DNA of 64,000 nt from Macrostomum lignano (lineage: Eukaryota). A program made the translations under genes and the position numbers. The notes beneath the pieces are model-generated. The model ran no database searches, was not told the origin of the DNA, and was given only the letters and a program-made list of their open reading frames with translations. The DNA lies in assembly GCA_002269645.1 (NCBI GenBank), contig NIVC01001624.1:1-64000 (forward strand). The letters run 5' to 3'. Below, piece by piece: positions 11,504-24,700 of the stretch (positions within the stretch are counted from its first letter, which is position 1; the number at the start of each line of letters is the position of its first letter).

Positions 11504-12304
11504 TTACTTGGCCCCATTCTGCAGCTCGGCAGGCTTGTCGATCTCCATGGGGACATCCTTGAGCTGCGGCTTCTCCTTGGCGGGCGGAGCCTCGAACGGC
11601 GCCTCGATGCAGAGCCGGCCGTCCTGGCTGAGCTTGCTGGCCACCTGGTCCAGCTTGGTGCCGGCGGGCAGCTGGAACTCTCTCTCCAGCCGCTTGTGGA
11701 TCCGCTGCCCGTTCGACTCGTCCTTGTGCTCAGCCTCGACTCGCACGCAGTCGCCCTGCTGCTTGATGCGGATCTCGTCCGGCTTGAACTCGCGCACCGA
11801 CAGCTCCGCCTTGAACCGCTTGCTGCCGTCGCTGGCCTCCACCAGCTGGCCGGACTGCAGGTCGCCTCGCAGCAGACTGCGCAGCTCGTCCCACACCGAG
11901 TCCTGCTGCTGCTGTTGCTGCTTGAGCTGCTGCTCCTTGAACGGCGCCTTCAGCACCAGCATGCCGTCCTGGGTGAAGCCGCTGCTCAGCTTCTCAGCGT
12001 CCACCTCCTCCGGCAGCTCCACCGTCCGCTTCACCTCCGTCGAGTCCTCGCCGTTCTCGAGCCGAGCCACCACGCGCACCTTCCGGTCCTCTCGCTTCAC
12101 CGACACGTCCTTCGGGGGGAAGCCGCGAAGGTCGACAGTCCGGCTCCACTGCCGAGGTCGCCTCGGACCCCGGTGGCGTAGCAGCTGCACCAGCGGGTCG
12201 TACTCGGGCGTCAGCCAGTCGTCCAGCTCGCTCATGGCTGCCGCGAGCGGCAGGGCGTGCGAGAACGGCGTGTACACGTTGCTTGGCGCGATCCAGAGCG
12301 ACAT
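11504..12304 (-). CDS. Small heat-shock protein with two alpha-crystallin domains (flatworm p40/HSP20-like), intronless
   Basis: ACD1 is VDLRGFPPKDVSVK...VKRTVELPEEVDAEKLSSGFTQDGMLVLKAP. ACD2 is LSVREFKPDEIRIK...KRLEREFQLPAGTKLDQVASKLSQDGRLCIEAP. There is a C-terminal V-P-M (IxI-like) motif and high GC3. Confidence 0.93.
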   Translation of the reverse strand: MSLWIAPSNVYTPFSHALPLAAAMSELDDWLTPEYDPLVQLLRHRGPRRPRQWSRTVDLRGFPPKDVSVKREDRKVRVVARLENGEDSTEVKRTVELPEEVDAEKLSSGFTQDGMLVLKAPFKEQQLKQQQQQQDSVWDELRSLLRGDLQSGQLVEASDGSKRFKAELSVREFKPDEIRIKQQGDCVRVEAEHKDESNGQRIHKRLEREFQLPAGTKLDQVASKLSQDGRLCIEAPFEAPPAKEKPQLKDVPMEIDKPAELQNGAK

Positions 12305-12425
12305 TGTGGCGAATTCGCTTGATTGTTGAACGCTTCGAGTGCTTTGCTTGGTTTGCTTGGATTGCTTTCGATTGGCTTGTTTGCTTGCTTTGCAACTTGA
12401 CTCTTCGAGAATCAGCCTGTCGCGC

Positions 12426-12495
12426 TTATATAAACTGCGCGGAGAAGTTTCTAGAAGTATTGTGTCACTGACTTGATTCTGGAAATTTCTGGAAA
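12426..12495 (-). promoter_or_regulatory. Heat-shock promoter of the sHSP: TATA box plus two HSE arrays
   Basis: TATATAAG on the minus strand at 12426-12433. GAAnnTTCnnGAA at 12444-12456 and TTCnnGAAnnTTCnnGAA at 12477-12494. Confidence 0.9.
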
Positions 12496-13902
12496 TGGGG
12501 CTTGTTTTCTATAAAATAAGATAAAATAATTATATTTCTACTTACAGTAGACGTTGTGAACATGTGTATTTTTCTTTTTGAATACGTACGAAAGTGGAAC
12601 ACCTTTCAAGACGCAACTTGTTTGTATCCGCGAGTGCAGCGAGGCACGCAAAGTAGATGAGAGGGAAAATGGGAGGGAAAATTGCATAATTACACAGGTA
12701 CAGGTACGAGCGCCTTAACTCTCTAAGATTGGGCAGAAATTGAAGATTCCTACAGTACGGCAGCCGTTCTGTGTATGTCCAGAAAGGGTGCCGCGGGATG
12801 GGATCGTCAGTCCCTGTGCGGTGGGGGATTAGAATTGCTAAAGTAAGATTTAGAGCTTCCAAGCCATACAATCTTAAGACCCGATTAAGGATGGAGAGGC
12901 GTGAACTACAAGCGCATTACAGAACAAGTTTTACTCGCAACACTCCCGCGGTTTACAACTCTGCATTGAGATTGTGAGAGCGTCCCGCAGTTGCTGTGCT
13001 CAGTTACAGCTGGCTTGCAACAGCTACGATCGATATCGCCGCCCTCAACATGCTTTATCTCAGCACGATCTGCTGTGAGTATACTCGAGTAACCTTCATG
13101 CTTAGCGATTCATTCCAGATAGGAAACTCGAAATGGCTGAGAGGTTTCGCTTGTTGCGAATGTCAAGTGGCAGTCTTAATCTGTCAGACTGCAGTTTCCG
13201 CCCCGATTTTGGTAAGTTCGAGTCTCACGGGTTGCCAAGAGAAGTTTAATTACAAGGGGGATCGAATCGGCTGTTGCGAACGCCCCGACATGCCGAACTG
13301 TCAGACCATGCCGCTAATTATTCCTCGTGACAGGTAAAAAACTCCCGCTAATAAGCTGGTGCCGGAGGCTTTTCCTTTCTAGTCGGACTCGCAGTTGCAC
13401 GAGTACTGATCAGCATCAGCTCCAGCTTCATCCAGGATGATGCGTATGTAGGTATTCGCACCCCCCAATCCAGCACTGCAAGCGAACTGCTGGAACTCGG
13501 CCAGCTTGCATTGATCGGCCGGCGGCAGTTCCCCTCCATCTGGGGCCTCAGGATACTTGGCTTGTTCCCACGCGGAAACCATGTGCATCCTGCTCCGGGA
13601 AATTGATGTCTCATTGCTGGCACTCGCCGCAGCCCTGGGAGTAATAAACAGGCCTCATAACTGGGAGCTGCCCGAGCTGGCTGGACAGGGAGTGCACATT
13701 TTTATTGCCCTCGTGCCGTTGGCAGAGCACTCGCGCTTGCAGGAACGAAAGGCAATCATCTGGGAAGTTGTGGCATTGCTGAGAGGCGCTGGATAGGCTA
13801 TCGAATCGTGTTTTTCACTTGGAGTATGAGTAAGTCTGCTGCATAAGGCTTCTCACAAAACTACTGGAATGCTCTTGGAATGTGAGGAATTACGGAGATG
13901 CT

Positions 13903-14530
13903 CACAGGACCATTGAGAAGCTCCGAGAATGTCAGCAAAGTCAGAGACGCTCACAGGACCATTGAGAAGCTCCGAGAATGTCAGCAATGTCAGAGACGCT
14001 CACAGGACCATTGAGAAGCTCTGAGAATGTCAGGGATGTCAGAGATCACAGGACCATTGAGAAGCTCTGAGAATGTCAGGGATGTCAGAGATCACAGGAC
14101 CATTGACAAGCTCCGAGAATGTCAGGGATGTCAGAGATCACGTACAGGACCATTGAGAAGCTCTGAGAATGTCAGGGATGTCAGAGATCACAGGACCATT
14201 GAGAAGCTCTGAGAATGTCAGCAATGTCAGAGACGCTCACAGGACCATTGAGAAGCTCCGAGAATGTCAGCAATGTCAGAGACGCTCACAGGACCATTGA
14301 GAAGCTCTGAGAATGTCAGGGATGTCAGAGATCACAGGACCATTGAGAAGCTCTGAGAATGTCAGCAATGTCAGAGACGCTCACAAGACCATTGAGAAGC
14401 TCCGAGAATGTCAGGGATGTCAGAGACGCTCACAGGACCATTGAGAAGCTCCGAGAATGTCAGCAATGTCAGAGACGCTCACAGGATCATTGAGAAGCTC
14501 TGAGAATGTCAGCAATGTCAGAGACGCTCA
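13903..14530. repeat. 46-49-bp minisatellite
   Basis: Unit cacaggaccattgagaagctc(c/t)gagaatgtcag(caa/gga)tgtcagaga(cgct/t). Confidence 0.95.
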
Positions 14531-14997
14531 CAACACTGCATTTTTCTGCCAATAAAAAAATTGAAAACAAACTGTAAGGCTCGGGGAGCTGACAGTCAGT
14601 TTATCCAAATTCGAACAGGGCAAGACAGGCCAGAGCTGCTGCACAGGGCAGATTCTGACCAAATAAAACATTGGACTTGCAGCCTCCTGAAGCTAATAGA
14701 AGTCGCATATTAAAAATAACAGAAAAAACTTTAACTAAATAGAAACTAAATGTAGAACTAATTTTTTTTCTAAATAAGACGGCGTTCCGACGTTAAAAAA
14801 TGGTCACATCTAATTTATCTTGATAATGTGAGTAAGTTTAAAAGATTCTGCTACACCCTCAATGACGGTTTCAACTTCATCCAGAGCACTGGCTCAGTGC
14901 AAATTCTCCGTTTAAGTCTGTGGAAGGCGGGCTCGGTCTTCTTGAGCACCCCAGCGTCTGCGGACTTTTCTCCTCGAAATTCGAAGAGGCCGGCCGC

Positions 14998-17900
14998 TCA
15001 GTCGCTCCTGACCGCCGCCGAGTCCTCCTCGCCCACCTCCTCGATGCTGGCGATCTGCCTGACGTCCGCCTCCGCCCGGCTCCTCCACCGCTCCTTGTTG
15101 CTCGCTAGCAGCTCCAGTGGCCGCCAGGTCGCCTCATCTGGCGGCGTTGACTGCGGGGGCGGGGGCGGCGAAGTCGGCGGCTCCGGCGGCGGCTTCGCTT
15201 CGTCGGCGTTCTCGGGCTCCGCGGCCTCCTCGCTCTGCTGCTCGTCGATGTCGTCGCTGGCCTTCTTGCTGAGCTCCTGGACGCCGTTCAGCAGCTGCAG
15301 CAGGGTGCGGAAGCACGGCTCCACGATGTACTCGATGAAGCCTTCGGGAGGGATCGGACAGGTGAAAGTCATGGACAGCTGAACGCGCAAGGATGCCACG
15401 CTTCCAAACCGTACGAAATGGACTGGAGAACCTTTAAGCCTATAGCCGAAGCTAAAATCGGGTTTTTAGAGTTAAGCAGAGGTGGTCGCGGTTAGTACGC
15501 AGTTAAATGGGATCATTATTACATGTTCGACCCTCGAGGTGGCCGCAGTGAGCCCGCATTGCTGATCGGCAGGAGTTCCTGTGTTTCCAGTGTGCATTTG
15601 TCCTGAATTCACATCCTTCTACATAGTACCGAGGGCAAGAATATCGGTTTCAACAGCTACTCTCGCTTCCCTGGGCATCTCTTGAGGGCTTCCCTACCCC
15701 CTATCAATGATTCAGGAATTTGAGAAAGCCAGAAGCCGGAGCTGGAGATGCTCAGATACTTCCCCATAGCCCAGCCTCCTTGCGGGGTTGGGATGGATTT
15801 TTTTTTGAAAGAATGAATTGAAGAGCGGGGCTGCAGGGACTCCAGCCACAAGATCCTTGTCTGCCTGTCCGCTGCTTCCCATCCGCTGCTTCAAGGCGCT
15901 CTGCCCGGTGCTCACACGGCAGGAAAAGTGCAGGAATCCCCGCAGCTGCGCAGCCTGCGGAAGACAGCTGGGCCAATCTTCCCGTTCCCCAGCCAAGCTT
16001 TTATCTCGCCTCTCGATTCCCCTCCCCCACTCTGTCCCCCCGCCTCGCCCGCGAAGGCAGATCTCAGCCAGTTATTCAGTTGCCACAATTCGATAGCAGG
16101 TGTCCCCTCGCCTCGGTTTCCCGTCACCGCGTCGAGCTGAAATCGAATTATTCAGTTCTCTGTTCGACACGATTTGCGCTTCGCGAACTCTGATTTACTG
16201 ATCAGCTGAGCCTCTGCGTCCCCTGAGCGTCCTCTACTCAGCGAGCCAGGTGAGCAGTAAGGTCACTGAGTGATTGGGGGAGTGAGCAGGGAGGTGACTG
16301 AGTGATTGGGGGAGTGAGCAGGGAGGTCACTGAGTGATTGGGGGAGTGAGCAGGGAGGTGACTGAGTGATTGGGGGAGTGAGCAGGGAGGTGACTGAGTG
16401 ATTGGGGGGAGTGAGCAGGGTGACTGATCCAGTCTCTTTTTCTCTCTTATCTGCAAGCTTCAATCCAAAATTCCCAAGCCCCAGGCGCCATTCATTATCA
16501 TACAAAAATTTCATTCAAAGCGACGGCTCGCAGCCAGGAAATCCCTATTATGAAATCCCTCTGGGGACTGCGAGACTTGCGCGGACAATCTTAGGGGAGA
16601 ATTATCCTCATAACTGAAGGCAGCAGACCGGCTACCTCGATAAATTACTGTTGCTGGCTTCGAGAAAATTTCTCAGTTACGAGCTACGTCCCGAGTTCTC
16701 TAAGAATACCAGCTGCCTTCCGAAATGTCAATAATGTCATTGCCGTTACTGAGCAACCAGTCTCCACGGATGCTCTGATCCCCACGGATGCTCTGATCCC
16801 CACGGATGCTCTGATCCCCACGGATGCTCTGATCCCCACGGATGCTCTGATCCCCACGGATGCTCTGATCCCCACGGATGCTCTGATCCCCACGGATGCT
16901 CTGATCCCCACGGATGCTCTGATCCCCACGGATGCTCTGATCCCCACGGATGCTCTGATCCCCACGGATGCTCTGATCCCCACGGATGCTCTGATCCCCA
17001 CGGATGCTCTGATCCCCACGGATGCTCTGATCCCCACGGATGCTCTGATCCCCACGGATGCTCTGATCCCCACGGATGCTCTGATCCCCACGGATCCCCA
17101 CGGATGCTCTGATCCCCACGGATGCTCTGATCCCCACGGATGCTCTGATCCCCACGGATGCTCTGATCCCCACGGATGCTCTGATCCCCACGGATGCTCT
17201 GATCCCCACGGATGCTCTGATCCCCACGGATGCTCTGATCCCCACGGATGCTCTGATCCCCACGGATGCTCTGATCCTTTCCAGTCTCACCGACTTGCGA
17301 GGCAGCTATCATCGTCTTCTCCCGGTCGCACAGCGGGCTGCACTGCATCCCCAGCTGCTTCTCCTTGTCGCCCTGGGCAAAGAACTCCTCGCTGAGCAGG
17401 TGCGTCCAGCGCTCGTGCAGCGACCAGCCCTTGGCGGGGTGGCTGATGTCGGCCGAGTGCAGGATGTAGGACAGAATTTCCACCCGGGGCAGGTTCTCCG
17501 GACACAGGCTGCCCTCCTTCATGGCGGACACCTGGGCAAAGTGGGTGGACATGTCCGTGGCCAGCACCATGTCGATGACCATCGAGCGGAACTGACGGAA
17601 CTCCACGTGGCCCATGTTCTGCAGGATGTTGCACCTGCGGGGTAATTGGTTGTGGACTCGTTGCCAAGCGAAGCTGGTGCCGCAACAAAATCTGCTGCTA
17701 TGTTTCTTTAGTTTTTCTGGCAACGAGCTGCTGACGCTACAGGCGCCCTACTGGCGCGAGGACAGGGGCGCTCTCAGCGTCTGCCCACATTCTGTCGGCG
17801 GCATGACCGATGTTCACGCCTTTGAACTGGTGTGTTGCAGCGTGCAACACCGGCTTGACGGACCTCCAGCTCATCCAGCTCCTCCAGCCCCTTCAGCCCC

Positions 17901-19536
17901 TTCAGCCCCTTCAGCTCCTTCAGCTCCTTCAGCCCCTTAAACTCCTTCAACTCCTTCAGCCCCTTCAGCCCCTTCAGCTCCTTTAGCTCCTTCAGCCTCT
18001 TCAGCCCCTTCAGCCCCTTCAGCCCCTTCAGCTCCTTCAGCTCCTTCAGCCCCTTCAGCCCCTTCAGCCCCTTCAGCCCATTCAGCCCCTTCAGCCCCTT
18101 AAACTCCTTCAACTCCTTCAGCCCCTTCAGCCCCTTCAGCCCCTTAAACTCCTTCAACTCCTTCAGCCCCTTCAGCCCCTTCAGCCCCTTCAGCCCCTTC
18201 AGCCCCTTCAGCCCCTTCAGCCCATTCAGCCCCTTAAACTCCTTCAACTCCTTCAGCCCCTTCAGCCCCTTCAGCCCCTTCAGCCCCTTCAGCCCCTTCA
18301 GCCCCTTCAGCCCATTCAGCCCCTTAAACTCCTTAAACTCCTTCAGCCCCTTCAGCCCCTTCAGCCCCTTCAGCCCCTTCAGCCCCTTCAGCCCTTTCAA
18401 CACCTTTAGTACCTTCCCAGAAAGAAAAGTCAGCGTTAATTCCATTTGGAAGCACTACTTTTGATCACAACTCACCTTGAGTCTGCATCCAGCAGCCTCT
18501 TGAACACGGCGCTGACGTGGTGATTCTCCAGCACGGCCTTGTCGTTGTACACCACGGCCAACTGGGAGGCCGTCTGCACGTGGAAGCCGTTGGTGGTCCC
18601 GGTGTGCTCGAAGTCGTGCACCAGCGCGGCGAACAGCAGGCTGAAGACCTCCAAGTCGCTCAGCCAGCCCGTCAGGCCGTGCTGCCGGACGATGTAGCAG
18701 CAGGTCTGCGCCACGTCCGCTGAGTGCGCGCAGTTGTGGTAGGGGTTGCCGTGCAGGCGGTAGCCCTCCTCCATCATGTCCAGGAAGGCCTCTAGCGCGG
18801 GCACCGATATGGAGAACTTCTCGATGAGGTCCAGACGCTGGAACAGGTGCAGCCCCATCGCCCTGACTGGCCGGCCGGAGCTCAGCTCGGACAGGCGGAA
18901 CACGTCGAAGTCCCACGAGGCGGCGCCCTGGTCGAGACAGGCGCGGACCTCCGCCGGCAGCGACACGCCGGGCGCAGCCAGGCTCCGGCGGCGGCGGAAC
19001 AGGCGGTCGATGTACACCCCGGTCTGGATCACCGTGGCCAGGCTGCGGAGGCGGCGTCGGCGGAACACGGCCTCGCTGGCTCTCCGGGTGAAAGTGAAGT
19101 TCAGCCACTCCTGCACCTTCTCCGGAACTTCCAGAGTGCCATCGGCGGAGCCCCCCGGCTTCCGGAACAGGTCCTCGTCGTCCTCCCGCCCGCGCGTGCG
19201 CTGCTGCACCGCGGACTCGAGAAGGCGGCCGGCCTCCGACAACGAGGCGACGATGTCGTCGCGGGTGAGCCTGTCTGCTGCCACCAGCTGCTTCAGCCGC
19301 GCCAGCTGCTGTGCGCAGGCCTGCAGCTCCGAGACGCAGCCCACGTCGCCACCGCCGACTCCACCGCCGACTCCACCGCCGACTCCACCGCCGACTCCAC
19401 CGCCGACTCCACCGCCGATTCCACAGCCGACTCCACCGCCGACTCCACCGCCGACTCCACCGCCGCCTCCGGCGCAGCTGCCTTGGGCACCGTCTGTCTG
19501 AGCTGGCGAATCCTGCCGCTCTGTCTGGTGTTCCAT
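14998..19536 (-). CDS. PDE1: Ca2+/calmodulin-dependent cyclic nucleotide phosphodiesterase 1; exons 18476-19536, 17291-17634, 14998-15341 (582 aa)
   Basis: PDE1 N-terminal motifs (VPEKVQEWLNFTFTRR, LRSLATVIQTGVYIDRLFRR) and catalytic motifs (YHNCAHSADV, VHDFEHTGTTN, LENHH, LATDM, LHSADISHP, EFFAQGDKE, SQVGFIEYIV). GT-AG junctions are phase-consistent. An alternative upstream start or exon is possible. Confidence 0.92.
16262..16425. repeat. 32-bp minisatellite, about 5 copies (PDE1 intron 2)
   Basis: Unit gagtgattgggggagtgagcagggaggt(g/c)act. Confidence 0.9.
16762..17278. repeat. 18-bp minisatellite next to the PDE1 exon 2 donor
   Basis: Unit ccccacggatgctctgat. Confidence 0.95.
17880..18400. 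repeat. 9-bp minisatellite (PDE1 intron 1)
   Basis: Unit cttcagccc / cttcagctc / cttaaactc. Confidence 0.95.
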
Positions 19537-21159
19537 TTTGACGCCTGCTGAGTGAGTTGCCGTGCTCAGCTCAGGCCGTGCTCCAGTGCGCTCCCACATC
19601 GCAGCTGGCAGGCCGTGTTTATGGCGGCCTGCAGTGCCTCCCTGCCCCCCCCCCCCTGCTCCGGCTCAATGCGATTGGCTCGCAGAGCACTGAGGTGGCA
19701 AACCGAGCGGCCCCCCTGCTATTATGGCCAAATACCTTTCATTTGGCCTGCCTGCTCAGCTGCTGCTGAGCTTTCAATGCTTGACGGGCTGACGGCTTGT
19801 GAGGCGGGGCGGGCGCCGCGGGGGCTCCCGCTGTCCCGGCTCTCCGGATCGCCTGCAGATCAGGAAATGGGATTGCGGCTCCGCGCTCTTGCCTCCACTG
19901 CCCCCTCCCGTCCCCTCAGCTACATGCCGCAGAGTTCCTTGCACACAGGCTGCAGAGGGGACGTCAGATTGATGAGACTCTGAGAGAACGACTCCAAGGC
20001 CTCTGCGCTAGACAAGAGCGAGGGAGCGAGCTGAGCAAGATAGAGGGCAAGGGGGTCTTTTGTGATTAATTAGGGGGGGGGGCGGACTTGCCATTGCCTG
20101 CGTGGCGACTCGAGCAGCAGCAGCTTTCTGAACTCGAGCTGAGACGCGGCGCCCACCTCGATTGCCGACTGCCCGGGAGTTCGCCAAAGAGCGGCCGCCG
20201 GAACACGAGCGGTCGGCCGCTAATTATATTGAGAGAAAGTCGTTTTTTGAACCCGAGATCCGGTCCCAGATCCGGTCCGAGACCTGACAAAGACAAAGAA
20301 AGAAATGCACACCTGTCAGTAATTATGGCTGGAAAATTCGGTTCTTCTTAATGAGTGCCGTAAAATTTTAGCACAGCATTGAGTTGTATTTCTCCAGCTG
20401 AGCAGCTGGGCGATGAGTTCTCGAGCAGAGAACTGGCGCGCAAGGGTTAGGAGGGAAAAGTTACAAGCGAAGCGAGGGTTTGCAGTTTAAAGCAAAGATT
20501 CGAAATATGGATGGCGGATCCCAGGTTTCCAGATTCGATACATCATCAGGCCCCGGGTGATCCGGGCTTCTGCATATCGGAGTTCCCGGCGGAGTAGCAA
20601 GGGGTTCCGAATAGCAAACTGCCGCCTTGCCGCTCTGCAGGAAAAGGCTTTGAAACAGTTTGTGGCTGAAGGTGAAGTAGCGATAGGAGACGGGGAGGCG
20701 AGGCTGCTGTGTCCAAGGGGGTGGCTCTGAGGTGACCGGGGAAGTCGCAGTGCCTGCTGGGCCATCCATCAGTCAGGCCGCTTCTTCGACTCTTCAGGTC
20801 AAATAAACAAATCTAGAGGCCAATCATGAGAATTTTCCCAAACACCGGCCTCTCTCCTTTATCTGTAATTGCAGCGTAGTGACGGCTGTTGGTTCCGGGG
20901 GGGGGAGTCCGTCAGATGCAATATTTATTCTTAAATACGGGGTCACGAGGGAAGAGTAGGGAGCTGCCTCTGCCTCGCTATCCAATGACCCTATTAACCG
21001 ATTGTGAAGAATTCAATTAACTCGCACACAGAATTTCTATTGACTTGTACGCTTATCTTCTGATGCCTAAAATTGCCTATAGACTTGTGCGTAGACTTAA
21101 GTACATCGCCAATTGGACACGTACACATGAGACTGGCTGAGACTTGCCCACGTTCTACT

Positions 21160-21720
21160 TAGACTTGTACACAAGTTCCCCATAGACTTGTACACAGGTT
21201 CCCCATAGACTTGTACACAGGATCCCATAGACTTGTACACAGGATCCCCGTAGACTTGTACACAAGTTCCCCATAGACTTGTACACAGGATCCCCATAGA
21301 CTTGTACACAGGATCCCCATAGACTTGTACACAGGATCCCCATAGACTTGTACACAGGTTCCCCATAGACTTGTACACAGGTTCCCCATAGACTTGTACA
21401 CAGGATCCCCATAGACTTGTACACAGGATCCCCATAGACTTGTACACAGGATCCCATAGACTTGTACACAGGATTCCCATAGACTTGTACACAGGATTCC
21501 CATAGACTTGTACACAGGATTCCCATAGACTTGTACACAGGATTCCCATAGACTTGTACACAGGATTCCCATAGACTTGTACACAGGATCCCATAGACTT
21601 GTACACAGGATCCCCATAGACTTGTACACAGGTTCCCCATAGACTTGTACAGAGAAGGCTTGTACATACAGTTGTACATACAGTCTAAAGACTTGTACAT
21701 GCGGTCAATAGACTTGTACG
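21160..21720. repeat. 21-23-bp minisatellite directly after the PDZ-LIM stop codon
   Basis: Unit catagacttgtacacagg(a/t)tccc. Confidence 0.95.
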
Positions 21721-21732
21721 CAGGTTGCGAGT

Positions 21733-24700
21733 TCACTTGTACACGGGCACCGGCTTGAGCCCGGGCTCTGGCGGCGCGGCCACCTGCTTGGCGTGGGTCT
21801 CGCAGTACAGCTTGCCCTCGATGTAGAAGTAGCCGCAGTGCCGCAGCCCGACGCCGCACTTTGCGCACTTCAGGCACTCCGGGTGCATCGGCACGCTGCC
21901 CTGCACCCGCACGAAGACGCCTTTGATCATGTCACCGCAGGCGCCGCAGTGCATGGAAGCGCCGGCCAGGTTGGGCCGCGGAGTCGCCGGGTCCGCCACC
22001 GGCTGGTGCGCCGAACCGTCCGCCGATGCAGCCGAAGCCCCCGACGAAGCCGATGCCGCCAGCCGATGACCGCCACCGTCAGCGTCCTGACTGGCCGCAC
22101 GCAGGGTGCTGTCGAAGGTCGCCTGCACGAAGCCGCTGGCGTACAGGCCGGAGGGCGAGTTATAGTTGTTGTGGAACACCTGCTTGGTGCGCCCGCCCGG
22201 CGTGGTGGTCACCGTGCGGCCGATGTTGAAGGGCCGCGGGCTGTTGTTGAACCCGCCGCCGCCTGCGGCGTACCCGGGAGAAGATGGGCCCGCCGGCTGG
22301 GGGGAGCCGCTCGCCTGCAGATGGAGGGAGGCGGTACAGTCTGAGCTTTCAAATATTCTGGGGTTCTGGGATTTTGGGATTCTGGGATTTTTGGTTATTT
22401 GGGATTTTGGGAATCTGAGATTTTGGAATTCCGAGATTTCGGGATTCCTCGATTCTGGAACTCTGTGATATTTGATTCTGGGATTTTGGATTCTGGGATT
22501 TCGGAATTCTGGGATTTCGGGAGTCTGGGATTTCGGGATTCCAGGAAGTTGGAATTTTGGGAATCTGAAATTTTGGGAATCAGGGATTTTGGGAATCTAG
22601 GATTTTGAGAATCTGGGATTTTGGGAATCTGGGATTTTGGAAATCTAGGATTTCGGGATTCTGGGATTTTGGAAATCTAGGATTTCGGGATTCTGGGATT
22701 TTGGAAATCTAGGATTTCGGGATTCTGGGATTTTGGAAATCTAGGATTTCGGGATTCTGGGATTTTGGAAATCTAGGATTTCGGGATTCTGGGATTTTGG
22801 AAATCTAGGATTTCGGGATTCTGGGATTTTGGAAATCTAGGATTACGGGATTCTGGGATTTTGGAAATCTAGGATTTCGGGATTCTGGGATTTTGGAAAT
22901 CTAGGATTTCGGGATTCTGGGATTTTGGAAATCTAGGATTTCGGGATTCTGGGATTTTGGAAATCTAGGATTTCGGGATTCTGGGATTTTGGAAATCTAG
23001 GATTTCGGGATTCTGGGATTTTGGAAATCTAGGATTTCGGGATTCTGGGATTTTGGAAATCTAGGATTTCGGGATTCTGGGATTTTGGAAATCTAGGATT
23101 TCGGGATTCTGGGATTTTGGAAATCTAGGATTTCGGGATTCTGGGATTTTGGAAATCTAGGATTTCGGGATTCTGGGATTTTGGAAATCTAGGATTTCGG
23201 GATTCTGGGATTTTGGAAATCTAGGATTTCGGGATTCTGGGATGCTGAAATTTTGGAAGATAAAAATCTTAAATGCTGTGTCCCAGTGTTTCAAAATGGT
23301 CCTTGATGTTAAGATTTGGTTTCGATTCGTTCATCATGGCAAAGCGGAACCACAGATTGAAAAGCCGTGGAAATCTCCGCGGGTGGTCGAATCCCTCCTT
23401 GGGCTGCGATCTCCGGCTCTAAGCTTCCTCTGTGTCCAAGGCCGTATGCTTCACTTGTGCGCGTTTCAATGACATGCTCCTTCACTGGCACAAATAATTC
23501 ATACTTATTTCTCCTGTGTACTTATAATCTAGTTTAAATGCTGCCCAGCTACACTGCCGGGATGCCAATTCAATAAAAACCATCGGAATCTCGAAATGGC
23601 TGACGCTTACGCCCGAGCGCGCTAATGTCACACGCGCTTCATCAACCGCGGCCTTCCCCGAGAAGCAGGGCTTGGAAGATGTGAAAGCGATCTGCAAGGC
23701 GGTGCTGAGCTTCATTTTGCAGAGTCTGCAGCCGCACTTTGCCAGTTGCTGGGCGGGCGGGACTTCCATTCAGATTTCTAATTGAAGATGCGCCCGTCAA
23801 ATCCCCGGGGGGAAGGGGGGGCTGTGCGGTTCGAATTGGCCACGACCGCCTTCCCCTCTGCCCGGACAGAAGTGCGCGGACTGGCAGACAATGCGCGAAA
23901 TGTCAGGAGCAGCGGAAATGCCACTCAGCTGGAGCTGCGGGAGAAGAACTGAAGATCCGCCCTGCCACTTGCGGCCTTGCACTGCGATGGCCCTTGACTA
24001 AGTCTCGCGAGGTCTGGGGCTCGGGTTCTTGCTTACCAAGGGGCGCCAGCACCAAAGGGCGCCAGCACCAAGGGGCGCCAGCACCAAGGGGCGCCAGCAC
24101 CAAGGGGCGCCAGCACCAAAGAGCGCCAGCACCAAGGGGCGCCAGCACCAAAGGGCGCCAGCACCAAGGGGCGCCAGCACCAAAGGGCGCCAGCACCAAG
24201 GGGCGCCAGCACCAAGGGGCGCCAGCACCAAGGGGCGCCAGCACCAAGGGGCGCCAGCACCAAGGGGCGCCAGCACCAAGGGGCGCCAGCACCAAGGGGC
24301 GCCAGCACCCTTGCCAAGGCCAAGTCCTGCCTTCACCTCCTGGCTGCTTCCCTGCCCCTCTCCTCATAAGCTGCATTTACCCTCGGTACACTGTTGTAGG
24401 TTGCGCCTGCGGCAGCCGCCATTGCAGCTTGGCTTCGGTGCTGCTGCTGCTGAGGCGGAGGCGCCACCTGCTGCACCGCCGGCCGCCAAGTCGCGGTGGC
24501 AACGCCAGCCGCTCCATCGGCTCCGCCTCGCTGCACAAAGAATTCGACGCTGTTGCCGGAGCGGATGATCTCCATCTTGGCGGCCTCGTGCTGCATGGCC
24601 CCAGCTGGCGCGCCGTTGATGGCGAGCACCAGGTCGCCCGCGCGGAGGCCGCACCGCTCCGCCACCGAGCCGGCGGCGACGCTCTCAATGGTCAGCGGGG

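Noticed and set aside
11451-12329. Long plus-strand ORFs opposite the sHSP (likewise opposite PDE1, KDM4 and IPP-2)
   Set aside because: Antisense shadows expected from high-GC3 coding sequence.
13903-14530. CRISPR-like array (also considered for the other arrays)
   Set aside because: Units are contiguous with no unique spacers, there are no cas genes, and the context is eukaryotic.
17774-18445. Collagen-like GLK repeat ORF
   Set aside because: It lies in PDE1 intron 1 between validated junctions and is a 9-bp repeat translation.
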